From an uncultured Clostridia bacterium (lineage in GTDB: Bacteria > Bacillota > Clostridia > Christensenellales > UBA1242): a stretch of 54,784 nucleotides of DNA. The DNA lies in contig CANRGF010000001.1 of assembly GCA_947630075.1 (NCBI GenBank), forward strand, positions 1 through 54,784. The letters run 5' to 3'. Below the pieces are notes generated by a model. That model ran no database searches, was not told the origin of the DNA, and was given only the letters and a program-made list of their open reading frames with translations. The position numbers were made by a program, and so were the translations under genes. Shown piece by piece: positions 37,003 to 46,700 of this stretch (position 1 is its first letter; each line of letters starts with the position of its first letter).

Positions 37003-39639
37003 TTATTTTGCTCTCACCTTCTCTTTTTTTATTTTATGCCTTTTTATATAGATTGAAGGATTTTTATTTAAAATTGCTTTGAAGAGTTCGCAGGTCGGCA
37101 CGATTAAAACAGATGCAATTATCACCACCAGCCATTGTGAGAAATTTAAAAATTCCAAACCAAACAAGGCATACATCGGCGGAACAACTGCCACTGCCAA
37201 ATTTATTGCAAGCGTGAGAATGAAGCAAAAGTTGAATGTTTTATTATCAAACAAATTTTTTTCAAAAATTGAATTGTTGGTTTTGCAATTCACACTGTGC
37301 AATAGTTGCATGAAAATGATTGTGAAAAACACCATAGTGCTCGCCTCTGCAGGAGAATAACATTTCACTCCCACAATAAACACAACCATAACAATCAGCG
37401 TTTGCAAAATTGACTGATAAATTATTGCCACACCCGTTATGCCACCAAACAGTCCCGCCCGACTATTGCGCGGTGGCGATTGCATCACTTCCTTTTCCAC
37501 CTTTTCCATGCCAAGAGCAAAGGCAGGCAAGCTATCTGTAACCAGATTTATAAATAACATTTGTGCAGGCAATAAAAATGTTAAATTCGGGAAGAACAAA
37601 AGCGCAAGCAACATTCCAAACACTTCCACGCAATTTGTTGAAATTAAAAATTGCAGTGCCTTTTGAATGTTTGAATATACCTTTCTCCCTTCCTCAACAG
37701 CCACAATGATTGAAGAAAAGTTGTCATCCGTGATAATTAAGTCTGCCACATTTTTAACCACATCACTGCCCGATTTGCCCATGCCCACGCCTATGTCTGC
37801 AATTTTTAGGCTTGGAGCATCGTTCACTCCATCGCCCGTCATTGCCACAACCTTTTGTAAATTTTTGAAGGCTTTAACAATTCTCACCTTATGCTCTGGG
37901 CTTACTCGAGCATACACTGTGAATTTGGTGCAAATTCTTTTAAGTTCTGCATCGGTTAGCCTATCAATTTCTTCCCCAGAAATCACTTCGTCTATCGATT
38001 TTGCAATTCCTAGTTCGCTAGCAATGGCAAAAGCGGTTTTTTTGTGGTCGCCCGTTATCATCACAGGTTTTAACCCTGCCTTAAAACATTTTTCAATGCT
38101 GGATTTCACCTCTGGGCGCGGATTGTCTATCATGCCAGCCAAACCTAAAAACACCATGTCGCTTTCAGGCTCGTCGTTAGGGCTAAACACATCAAATTTT
38201 TTTGAGCAAAAGCCCATAACTCGAAGTGCCTTAGAAGTCATTTCATCGTTCACTTTTTTTATTTTTTCAATGATTTCATCCGTTATTTGCTCAATTTTGC
38301 CATTAATTTTTATAAATTTGCATTTTTTTATTAAAATTTCTGGTGCACCTTTTGCCAAACATTTCACTCCGTCATCATTAACGATAACCGACATCATCTT
38401 CCTAATTGAATTAAAAGGAATTTCATGCAGCACCTTCATTTCTTGCCCAGAATAATATTGATTTGCAAATTCAAAGAGCGCACTTTCGGTTGGCTCTCCA
38501 ACCACCTTGCCATTCTCTAATTTTGAATTGTTGCAAAATTTCATGCACTTTAAAATTTCGTTAAATGTGTCGCCCTGAGTTAAATCATATTGCCAATCGA
38601 AAAAAGTTTTCACCACCTGCATTTTGTTGCGAGTGAGAGTGCCTGTTTTATCCGTGCAAATAATTTCGCAACTGCCAAGAGTTTCCACCGCGTGCAAATG
38701 CTTAATAATACATTTCCTTTTTGCCAACTGCTGCACGCCCAACGCCAAAATTATTGTTATCACCGCTGGCAAACTTTCTGGAATGGCAGCAACAGCCAAC
38801 GCAACTGCCGTCATTAGCGGATTTAAAAATCCATTGCCTGCCACCATCTCAATCATGAAAATCACTAAGCAAATTGCAACCACTGACCAAGTGATTATCT
38901 TGCCAATTTTTTCAATCGATTTTTGAAGTGGTGTGGTCTGCTTTTGAGCATTGAAAAGCAGATTGGCAATTTTGCCAAGCTCTGAGTCTGCACCCGTTGC
39001 CACCACCACACCGCGTGCTTTTCCGCTCGTTATCATGCTGCCAGAATATGCCATGTTTTTGCGCTCTGCGAGTGGTGTGTTTTTGCTTAAAACCAAATCA
39101 GCATTTTTTTCAACGGGCACACTTTCACCCGTTAGGCTACTTTCATCGCATGAAAAATTGTTGGCATCAATCAGGCGAACATCTGCCGCCACCACATTGC
39201 CCGCTTCCATTTCAACAATGTCGCCGGGGGCGATGTCTTTGCTATCAACAGTAATAAGATTGCCTGCCCGCACAACTTTAACAGTCATTTTTTCGCTTTT
39301 TGCAAGGTCATCAATGCAAGCCTGCGCCTTGTTTTCTTGAAAGACGCCAATAAGAGCATTCACCACCACAATAAACAAAATCACAAAGCCTTCAAATAAG
39401 TCGGCATATTCCTTGTTCACTATGGCGATTGTAAGAGATACCACAGCCGACACAAGCAAAATTGCCACCATAATGTTTAAAAATTGCTTAAAAAAACACT
39501 TAATAAACGATTGTTTCTTCGTTTTTTTTAATTCATTTTTGCCAAACTTTGCAAGCCTTTCGCTCGCTTCTTTGGGCATTAACCCTTTTGAAGATGAATT
39601 AAGTTGTTTTATGGCATCAAAACTATTCAAATAATGCAT
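37003..39639 (-). CDS. Cation-transporting P-type ATPase (Ca2+-ATPase-like, P2 type)
   Basis: Contains TGES, the phosphorylation site CTDKTGTLT, TGDGVNDAP and IPESLP in TM4. I prefer the ATG at 39639, since the track start at 39690 is TTG. Confidence 0.92.
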   Translation of the reverse strand: MHYLNSFDAIKQLNSSSKGLMPKEASERLAKFGKNELKKTKKQSFIKCFFKQFLNIMVAILLVSAVVSLTIAIVNKEYADLFEGFVILFIVVVNALIGVFQENKAQACIDDLAKSEKMTVKVVRAGNLITVDSKDIAPGDIVEMEAGNVVAADVRLIDANNFSCDESSLTGESVPVEKNADLVLSKNTPLAERKNMAYSGSMITSGKARGVVVATGADSELGKIANLLFNAQKQTTPLQKSIEKIGKIITWSVVAICLVIFMIEMVAGNGFLNPLMTAVALAVAAIPESLPAVITIILALGVQQLAKRKCIIKHLHAVETLGSCEIICTDKTGTLTRNKMQVVKTFFDWQYDLTQGDTFNEILKCMKFCNNSKLENGKVVGEPTESALFEFANQYYSGQEMKVLHEIPFNSIRKMMSVIVNDDGVKCLAKGAPEILIKKCKFIKINGKIEQITDEIIEKIKKVNDEMTSKALRVMGFCSKKFDVFSPNDEPESDMVFLGLAGMIDNPRPEVKSSIEKCFKAGLKPVMITGDHKKTAFAIASELGIAKSIDEVISGEEIDRLTDAELKRICTKFTVYARVSPEHKVRIVKAFKNLQKVVAMTGDGVNDAPSLKIADIGVGMGKSGSDVVKNVADLIITDDNFSSIIVAVEEGRKVYSNIQKALQFLISTNCVEVFGMLLALLFFPNLTFLLPAQMLFINLVTDSLPAFALGMEKVEKEVMQSPPRNSRAGLFGGITGVAIIYQSILQTLIVMVVFIVGVKCYSPAEASTMVFFTIIFMQLLHSVNCKTNNSIFEKNLFDNKTFNFCFILTLAINLAVAVVPPMYALFGLEFLNFSQWLVVIIASVLIVPTCELFKAILNKNPSIYIKRHKIKKEKVRAK

Positions 39640-39761
39640 AAAATAATCTATTATCCGTGAGCAGTAAATAGAACTTTTTGCTTTTGCCAATTTCTCATTT
39701 TAACCTTAATAATCGATTTGAAAATTTAAAATTTTATGCTAAAATATATTCGAGGAGTTTT

Positions 39762-41609
39762 ATGACTGAAAAAATTAATGCAATAATAAACAACTTCAAC
39801 GGAAAAGAGAAAAAGAAAATGGACGATTTTTTGTCCATCATGGCAGACATAGGCTTAAAAGATGACTTCGTGCTTTCTGGGCTCATATATTTCTCTTTGC
39901 GTGCAAAAAATGTCAGCTTAGATGATCTGCAATCTAAATGCTCTCCTGAAACTTTGAAAATGGTTGAGACACTAATTAAGTTAGACAATATAAATTTTGA
40001 GCAGCAAAATAGCGAGGCTGAGAACTTGAGAAAAATGTTTTTTGCAATCACAAAAGACATTCGCACTATAATGCTGAAAATTGCCATTGTTGTGGCAGAC
40101 GCAAGAAATTTAGAAAATCTCACAAACGAGCAAAAGCAGGACTTTGCCCGAGTGATTTTTTCGCTTTATGCTCCGCTTGCCGCCCGCCTAGGTTTGAGCG
40201 CATATAAAACAGAGCTTGAAGAAGCAGCTTTTAAAATTGAAAATCCAAAATTGCAGGAAGAAATTCAAGCGGAAGTGGACAACCGCTATCATCACCGCGA
40301 GCCAATCGTGGAACGATTAAAAACACTTGTGAATAATTGTATGCACGAATTAGGCATTAATGGGCGAGTGTATGGCAGGAAAAAACACATTTATAGCATT
40401 TATAAAAAGTTGCAAGACCACTCATTTGATAATATTTATGACCTTATTGCTGTGCGTGCTATAGTTAGCACAGTGGCAGAGTGTTACGCTCTGCTTGGCA
40501 GGCTTCACTGCGAAGTTGAGCCACTTCAAAATAGATTTAAAGACTATATTGCCACGCCAAAGCCAAACGGCTATCAATCATTGCACACCACCGTTTTATT
40601 TGAAGGGTTTCCTGTGGAAATTCAAATCAGGACAGAGGACATGAACAAATATGCCGAATATGGTGTGGCAGCGCATTGGCTTTATAAAGAAAAAGGGCGC
40701 AAGCGCGACACACTTGATGCCAGCCTAGGCTACCTGCGCTTAATGATGGAAAGCGAAAATGTGAGCATCGATGAACTTGCCGATTCGCTTAATCAGGACA
40801 TTTACAATAACGAAATTTTCGTGCAAACGCCAAAGGGAAAGGTGATTTATCTTCCTTCTCAATCCACCCCGATTGACTTCGCTTATTGCATACATAGTGA
40901 AGTGGGCAACCGATGTGTTGGCGCAAAGGTGAATGGCAAAATGGTGCCAACCACCACCCTTCTAAACAATGGTGATGTGGTGGAGATTATCACCAACCCA
41001 AATTCAAAAGGCCCATCACGCGATTGGCTTAAAACCTGCAAAACCGCAGGGGCAAAAAAAGAAATAAATCTTTTCTTTAAGCGAAACATGAAGGAAGAAA
41101 ATATTCGTCTTGGCAAATCAATGCTAGAAAACGCAATTAAGGAGAAAGGTTATTCTGTGGCAAAACTCACCGAAAAGAAAAATTTGGATGAAGTGCTGCC
41201 ACAATATAATCTGACCAATTCGGACGAACATTACGCAAGCCTAAGCACAAACGCCTATCCTATCAAAGCGGTTGTGAACAAATTAGTTAGTTTATATCAA
41301 AAGCAAATCAAAACTGAAACTCTAAGCGCCACCACCCCAGAAAACAATGTTCGCCTAGCCGCTCCAAGCGAGAAATTAATTGCCGTGAAAGGGCTAAACA
41401 ACATATTGATGCGCTTTGCAAACTGCTGCCACCCTATGTATGGCGACAAAATTGTTGGCTTCATTTCAGCTGGGCGAGGCATAGTTATCCACCGCGCCGT
41501 TTGCCCAAATGTTAGTTATTTCGATAATTCACGCCTAATTGAAGCCAGTTGGAAGCCAAATGTGGATCTAAATGGCCACAAAAAGAAATCAAAAGAAGAG
41601 AGAAAATAA
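39762..41609 (+). CDS. RelA/SpoT-homologue (p)ppGpp synthetase with a degenerate hydrolase domain
   Basis: The synthetase motifs are intact (GRKKHIYSIYKKL, YDLIAVRAIV, DYIATPKPNGYQSLHTTV, EIQIRTEDMNKYAEYGVAAHWLYKE). TGS and ACT-like C-terminal domains are present. I prefer the ATG at 39762 after GAGGAG. Confidence 0.9.
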   Translation: MTEKINAIINNFNGKEKKKMDDFLSIMADIGLKDDFVLSGLIYFSLRAKNVSLDDLQSKCSPETLKMVETLIKLDNINFEQQNSEAENLRKMFFAITKDIRTIMLKIAIVVADARNLENLTNEQKQDFARVIFSLYAPLAARLGLSAYKTELEEAAFKIENPKLQEEIQAEVDNRYHHREPIVERLKTLVNNCMHELGINGRVYGRKKHIYSIYKKLQDHSFDNIYDLIAVRAIVSTVAECYALLGRLHCEVEPLQNRFKDYIATPKPNGYQSLHTTVLFEGFPVEIQIRTEDMNKYAEYGVAAHWLYKEKGRKRDTLDASLGYLRLMMESENVSIDELADSLNQDIYNNEIFVQTPKGKVIYLPSQSTPIDFAYCIHSEVGNRCVGAKVNGKMVPTTTLLNNGDVVEIITNPNSKGPSRDWLKTCKTAGAKKEINLFFKRNMKEENIRLGKSMLENAIKEKGYSVAKLTEKKNLDEVLPQYNLTNSDEHYASLSTNAYPIKAVVNKLVSLYQKQIKTETLSATTPENNVRLAAPSEKLIAVKGLNNILMRFANCCHPMYGDKIVGFISAGRGIVIHRAVCPNVSYFDNSRLIEASWKPNVDLNGHKKKSKEERK

Positions 41610-41636
41610 AAAAAACCGCTAAATGCGGTTTTTTTG
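41609..41636. terminator. Bidirectional intrinsic terminator
   Basis: ACCGC (41615-41619) pairs with GCGGT (41625-41629), flanked by an A-run and a T-run. Confidence 0.7.
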
Positions 41637-41870
41637 TTAAGCCAATTTAGGCTCTTTGCATATAAGTATGCAAATAAGGTCTACTAACCATGTGATGAAG
41701 AAGAATGGGATAATCCACAAAATGCCAACGATGATTAGCCAAACCTTACCGGTTGTGGCACCTTTAACGATACGATAAATGGCCCAAGTGAAAATGTCCA
41801 CAATAGGCAAAGCAAGGACGCATTTAAGCCACCAAGGTGCATCATCAAACCATTTTATAAAATTTTTCAT
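41637..41870 (-). CDS. Small membrane protein (two TM helices)
   Basis: 77-aa ORF with RBS AAAGGAGAG. Confidence 0.65.
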   Translation of the reverse strand: MKNFIKWFDDAPWWLKCVLALPIVDIFTWAIYRIVKGATTGKVWLIIVGILWIIPFFFITWLVDLICILICKEPKLA

Positions 41871-42156
41871 AAGCTCTCCTTTTAAAAAGATATTAATATT
41901 ATATATTATTTATTCCTTTATGGCAAACATTTTTGACAAATTTTTGCAAAATTTTTGAAGCTATTTCATTTTTATAAATTTTGCTTACCCCCTCCCCCAA
42001 GCACAAAACTCTAATTTCAGTGGAGTTTTATTCAATTCTCTATTTTTAGTGGAGTTAGGTCTAATTTTACTTCCCTAAGATTTAGAGAAAAAATTGTCGG
42101 TTCAAACTTGTTTTTCACTTTATTTCATAATATAATACCTTTAAGTTGAGGCGGAA

Positions 42157-42936
42157 ATGAGAAGCGATAAACAAAAAGTTTACTATTATCATGACGAGCT
42201 TAATGACGAATTCACTGAATTTTCGGGCAAAACAAAGGTGATTGACGAAAATTTCAAATATGTGAATAATAGTAAACCCTATCGTCTGCTCCACCATCTG
42301 CTATACAACACGCTTGAAAAACCCGTGGCTCACATTTATTGGAAATGCAAATTTCACAATAAGATTGTGAACAAAAAGTTAATTTCTAAGTTTAAGGATA
42401 GCGGCGTGTTTGTGTATGGCAACCACACTCAACAGTTTGGTGATGTGCTTATGCCCTGCTTGGTTACAGGCAAAAAATATGCTTATATAATCGTGCACCC
42501 AAACAACATTTCAATTAAAGGCATTGGCGGTTTAATCCACATATTTGGTGCAATTCCCCTTCCTTCAAACCTAAAAGCGATGAGGCACTTCCTCTCTGCT
42601 ATTGAGCAAAGGATAAAGGAAAAGCAAGCCGTGGTTATCTACCCAGAAGCCCACATTTGGCCATACTTCACAAAGATAAGGCCTTTCACTTCGGTTTCGT
42701 TTAGATATCCCGTTATGCTCAACGCTCCAAGTTTCTGCTTCACAAACACTTATCAAAAGAGGAAAAACGGCAAATTGCAAATCGTAACATACATTGATGG
42801 TCCGTTTTATCCAAACAAAAGCCTTAATCAAAAGGAGCAGCAAGAGGATTTACGCAATCAAATTTATCAAAAAATGGTTGAACGCAGCCAAAGCAGCAAT
42901 CTTGAAATAATTAAATATGTCAAGGAGAACGAATGA
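42157..42936 (+). CDS. Acyltransferase (PlsC/lysophospholipid acyltransferase-like)
   Basis: The NHTQQFGD (HxxxxD-like) and VVIYPEAHIW blocks resemble the glycerolipid acyltransferase fold. RBS is GAGGCGGA. Confidence 0.7.
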   Translation: MRSDKQKVYYYHDELNDEFTEFSGKTKVIDENFKYVNNSKPYRLLHHLLYNTLEKPVAHIYWKCKFHNKIVNKKLISKFKDSGVFVYGNHTQQFGDVLMPCLVTGKKYAYIIVHPNNISIKGIGGLIHIFGAIPLPSNLKAMRHFLSAIEQRIKEKQAVVIYPEAHIWPYFTKIRPFTSVSFRYPVMLNAPSFCFTNTYQKRKNGKLQIVTYIDGPFYPNKSLNQKEQQEDLRNQIYQKMVERSQSSNLEIIKYVKENE

Positions 42937-43790
42937 TAAATATCTTATTTTCGGGAAATGTAAAAGTGTTTGATGGTGCTCTCACCACAATGCTTTCCGT
43001 TCTAAAACGAACGGAAACAAAAGAGCCATTTACCTTCTATATTTTCACAATGGACATTTCGCGCGTTAAGCCGGAATACACGCCAATCACCAGCGAGCAA
43101 ACAGCCTTTTTGGATAGAGTTAGCAAAGGTTACAACGCTGAAAACCGCGTGGTGAGAGTGGATGTGGGCAAATATTACGAAAAAGAATTTGCTCACTGCC
43201 CTAACGAGCAAGCCTACTGCTCACCATACACATTGCTTAGACTATTTGCTGATATGGTGCCAGACATGCCAGACAAACTGCTTTATCTGGACATTGACCT
43301 GCTCTTTAATCGCGACATTATGCTGCTTTACGGCACAGATGTAACGAATTATGAATATGCAGCAGCGAGGGACCATTATGGAAAATTCTTGCTTAATCCA
43401 AACTATATAAATGCAGGTGTGCTGCTCTTCAACATGAAGAAATGCAAGGAAACGGGTTTGTTCACAAAGGCTAGAAACCTTATAAAGACAAAGAAAATGA
43501 CTTTTGCCGACCAAGACGCAATTTATCGCTCAACCACAAAAAAGTTGATGTTGCCACAGCGTTTTAACGACCAAAAGTTTTGCCATAAGCACACTGTGGT
43601 TAGGCACTTCAGCAAAAGATTATTTTGGTTGCCATACCCTCACACTGCAAACATAAAGCAATGGAATGTGAGCAAGGTGCACAAAGTGTTTAAATACTAT
43701 CAGTTTGATGACATTTTGTATGAATATATCTATTTAAAAAATTTATTTGAGAAAAAAGGAGAATTAAGGGGGAGTTATGAAAAAAATTAA
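42933..43790 (+). CDS. Glycosyltransferase family 8
   Basis: Contains LYLDIDLLF (DxD) and NAGVLLFN. The start overlaps the upstream stop (ATGA). Confidence 0.85.
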   Translation: MINILFSGNVKVFDGALTTMLSVLKRTETKEPFTFYIFTMDISRVKPEYTPITSEQTAFLDRVSKGYNAENRVVRVDVGKYYEKEFAHCPNEQAYCSPYTLLRLFADMVPDMPDKLLYLDIDLLFNRDIMLLYGTDVTNYEYAAARDHYGKFLLNPNYINAGVLLFNMKKCKETGLFTKARNLIKTKKMTFADQDAIYRSTTKKLMLPQRFNDQKFCHKHTVVRHFSKRLFWLPYPHTANIKQWNVSKVHKVFKYYQFDDILYEYIYLKNLFEKKGELRGSYEKN

Positions 43791-44586
43791 TTTAATTAAG
43801 GGAGAAATTCCAATATTCTTTTCGTGTGATGACAATTACATTCCATTTTTGGCTGTAACTTTGGAATCGTTAGAAAAGAATGCAAACAAAAATTATCACT
43901 ACGCAATTAAGGTGCTTCATTCAAACACAATTAGCACTGTCAATCAGCAACGCATTTCGCTAGAATATAGCGTGGGCAATTTCAACATTGAATTTGTGGA
44001 CATTTCAAGTTATGTTGAAAAGATTTCCGCACGCCTGCACACTAGGGACTATTATTCTAAGAGCACATATTATAGGCTATTCATTCCAAATCTATATCCA
44101 CAATATTCAAAGGCTCTATATTTGGATAGCGACATTGTTGTGCTTGGCGACATTTCCAAGCTTTACAACACCGAACTTAACGACAACTATGTGGGAGCAA
44201 TCACAGATGAATTTGTTTCTTCTGTGAAAGAACTTCATGGTTATGTGCTCAATAGGGTTGGCGTGCCAAAGGTTAGCAACTATTTCAACGCCGGCATTTT
44301 GGTGATGAATTTGAGCAAACTTAGGGAAATCAACTTCGAAGAGATGTTTATAAAACTTATCTCTTGCGTTACTTTCACCGTTGCGCAAGACCAAGATTAT
44401 TTGAATGTTATTTGCAACGGCCATGTAACCAACATCCCATTAAGTTGGGATAAAATGCCTGTGAATGACAACATGAATGTGAAGGATATCAACATTGTTC
44501 ACTACAACTTAAACTTAAAGCCTTGGCAAGAGGACAATGTGCCTTATGAAGAAGTTTTCTGGGAATATGCAAAAAAATCCGGCTAA
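43777..44586 (+). CDS. Glycosyltransferase family 8
   Basis: Contains FFSCDDNY, LYLDSDIVVLGD (DxD), NAGILVMN and IVHYN. Confidence 0.88.
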   Translation: MKKINLIKGEIPIFFSCDDNYIPFLAVTLESLEKNANKNYHYAIKVLHSNTISTVNQQRISLEYSVGNFNIEFVDISSYVEKISARLHTRDYYSKSTYYRLFIPNLYPQYSKALYLDSDIVVLGDISKLYNTELNDNYVGAITDEFVSSVKELHGYVLNRVGVPKVSNYFNAGILVMNLSKLREINFEEMFIKLISCVTFTVAQDQDYLNVICNGHVTNIPLSWDKMPVNDNMNVKDINIVHYNLNLKPWQEDNVPYEEVFWEYAKKSG

Positions 44587-44598
44587 TCTGACGCAATT

Positions 44599-44805
44599 AT
44601 GGAAATAAAATCTAAAACAGACGCTGCAATGAAAGCAGTTAAAGCAGAACAAACTGTCAACCTTATTGCCCTTGCAAACAAAGAGGCTAACGACAAGGAA
44701 GAAAATGCTCGCATTCAAAGACTAATCAAGTTGATTTGCTCGCAAAACGCAAGTGGTAATCCACTTTTTGGCTTTGGCGCAGCAACCGACCCTGCTTATG
44801 CTTAA
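44599..44805 (+). CDS. Small hypothetical ORF (doubtful)
   Basis: 68 aa with no obvious SD. It lies within the cluster between the GT8 and acyltransferase genes. Confidence 0.3.
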   Translation: MEIKSKTDAAMKAVKAEQTVNLIALANKEANDKEENARIQRLIKLICSQNASGNPLFGFGAATDPAYA

Positions 44806-44862
44806 ATCAAAAACCATTTGCAAAATTTTTAGTTTTGTGCTATATTGTTTTTAGGAGACAAT

Positions 44863-45771
44863 ATGCCAAAATTAGACTATAATGTTTTAAAAGAAATTCC
44901 AGACGAATTTGAAAAATATTCAAATATGTTGCCCGGCTTTGAAAAGGAAGGCAAATTCACCACCGACCAAGACACAGTTGTGCCCGGAAGTTTCATCCCA
45001 ATTGATGACAACTTCCCTTATATCCGCAAAGGATTTAAGTGGTGGATAAAAAGCAAATTTTTCAACCGAGTTTTAAATTATTATTCAAAACTTATCAATA
45101 AAAATCTCACAAACTTAAAAGTTGAAGGCAGAGAAAACCTTGCGGGCGTGAAGGCCGCCATTGTAACCTGTAACCATATTAGCAAGGTGGATAGTTTTGC
45201 TGTGCGAGAGGCATTGAAAGACAATATTATGTTTGTTGGTGCTGAGCACAATAATTGGAAAGGTTTGATGGGTGAAATTGCACGAAACACGGGTTTTATT
45301 CCTTTGCCTAAATCGTTCAGCCTAAAACTTATGCGCAAATTCAATGAAGCCATTGAATACTATTTAATGAAAAACAAAAAGATATTAATCTATCCCGAGC
45401 AGGCCATGTGGAGAGAGTTCACTCGCCCTCGCCCACTTCAAAATGGTGCTTTCCACTATGCGGTGATAAACAATGTGCCCGTTGTGCCTATGTTCATCAC
45501 GATTGAGCAAAAGCCTGAGCCTATAGATGAAAAGGGAAGGCAAAATTTTGGCAATTACACAATCCACATTCTGCCACCTATCTATCCAAAATTTGATTTG
45601 CCTCCAAAAGAAAATGAAAATTATATGAAATTGGAAAATTTTAGGCTGTGGAAAGAGTGTTATGAAAAAACTTATGGTAAGCCTTTGCAGTATTCTACAG
45701 ACAAAACCATTTGGGATGAAAATTTTAGTGAATATAACGAAATCCTAAACCCCAATTCTTCAAAAAAATAG
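44863..45771 (+). CDS. 1-acyl-sn-glycerol-3-phosphate acyltransferase-like (PlsC family)
   Basis: Contains CNHISKVD (HxxxxD) and ILIYPEQAMW. I prefer the ATG at 44863 after AGGAGA. Confidence 0.85.
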   Translation: MPKLDYNVLKEIPDEFEKYSNMLPGFEKEGKFTTDQDTVVPGSFIPIDDNFPYIRKGFKWWIKSKFFNRVLNYYSKLINKNLTNLKVEGRENLAGVKAAIVTCNHISKVDSFAVREALKDNIMFVGAEHNNWKGLMGEIARNTGFIPLPKSFSLKLMRKFNEAIEYYLMKNKKILIYPEQAMWREFTRPRPLQNGAFHYAVINNVPVVPMFITIEQKPEPIDEKGRQNFGNYTIHILPPIYPKFDLPPKENENYMKLENFRLWKECYEKTYGKPLQYSTDKTIWDENFSEYNEILNPNSSKK

Positions 45772-45781
45772 AGCAACTGCT

Positions 45782-46564
45782 CTATTTTTCTTCTGGTTTT
45801 TGCAAAAATCCAATATTTTGCATCATTTTTTCGATGTTTCTGTTGTTTGGAAACTTATTTTTGACTTTAGAGTATAAATTATATAAAAGCCCGGAAGTGC
45901 CGAACGAAAAGTGTTTAAACTCGTTGAAAATCAAATGGTCGCACAAATTGATGTTGAACATACAACATAATTGCAAAATTTCTTCGGTTGTTTTTATATC
46001 CTGCATGCTAGGCTCAACACTGCCCGCCGGATGAGTGTGATAGAGCACAATGTTTCTCACCCTCTTATCCATAATTTGATTTGCAAATTCTTTTAGGTCA
46101 AACAATATTTCCACATCACTATAGCCGGCAATGACAAAACTTTTCACAAATCTATTCATGTTGTTTGAGCAAACCACAATCAGCTTCTCTTTGTCGCTCA
46201 CACTAAAATGTGAGATAAAATAATTCACGCAATCTTTAGTGTTTCTAAGAAAATCTATGTTTTTATTATTGGCAATAAACCTTTCAAAAAGTTGTGGAAG
46301 CATTGAGATAAAAAGGGCGGTTTCATCTCCAACCCCTTCACATTTCTTTAAGTCTTCATAACTAGCACGCAGCACGCCTGACAGCCCGCCATAAGCCATG
46401 ATTAGGCGATGTGCGAGCGGATTTGTGTCCTTCCTCGGGATTGTGTAGGTCAAAAGCAACTCCAACACTTCGTGTTCGTCAAGAACATTCAACCCACCTT
46501 TCTTCACCTTGGTTTTCAATCGTTGCCTATGCCCTTCGTGCAAATTCTCAACCTTTTCTTCCAT
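45782..46564 (-). CDS. radC: RadC-family JAB/MPN domain protein
   Basis: Contains the JAMM motif LYHTHPAGSVEPSMQD, with an N-terminal HhH-like region. I prefer the ATG at 46564 after GAGGA. Confidence 0.85.
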   Translation of the reverse strand: MEEKVENLHEGHRQRLKTKVKKGGLNVLDEHEVLELLLTYTIPRKDTNPLAHRLIMAYGGLSGVLRASYEDLKKCEGVGDETALFISMLPQLFERFIANNKNIDFLRNTKDCVNYFISHFSVSDKEKLIVVCSNNMNRFVKSFVIAGYSDVEILFDLKEFANQIMDKRVRNIVLYHTHPAGSVEPSMQDIKTTEEILQLCCMFNINLCDHLIFNEFKHFSFGTSGLLYNLYSKVKNKFPNNRNIEKMMQNIGFLQKPEEK

Positions 46565-46700
46565 TGCGTCCTCACAACTTAGAATAGCACAAATTTGCAA
46601 TAATTTCAAATTATTTTTCGATTTAACAAAATATTATTGATAAATTATTTAAAAAATGATAAAATTATAAATAGAGTTTAATTCTCTAAATGGGGTGAAT

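Noticed and set aside
37667-38455. 262-aa plus-strand ORF, plus many other ORFs of 60-140 aa antisense to large genes (e.g. 4639..5070, 21837..22250, 13909..14247, 38951..39340, 644..893, 1147..1392)
   Set aside because: All are nested antisense or out of frame within genes that have clear family motifs (P-type ATPase, T4CP, FtsH, Mfd, VirB6-like). Their compositions are Ser/Leu/Phe-rich, typical of shadow ORFs in AT-rich DNA.
42934-42936. Alternative genetic code (UGA = Trp, Mollicutes-like), considered because of the Mollicutes-ICE-like flavour of the T4SS proteins
   Set aside because: TGA terminates well-defined genes (42934-42936, 54081-54083), and the long housekeeping ORFs are intact under the standard code.
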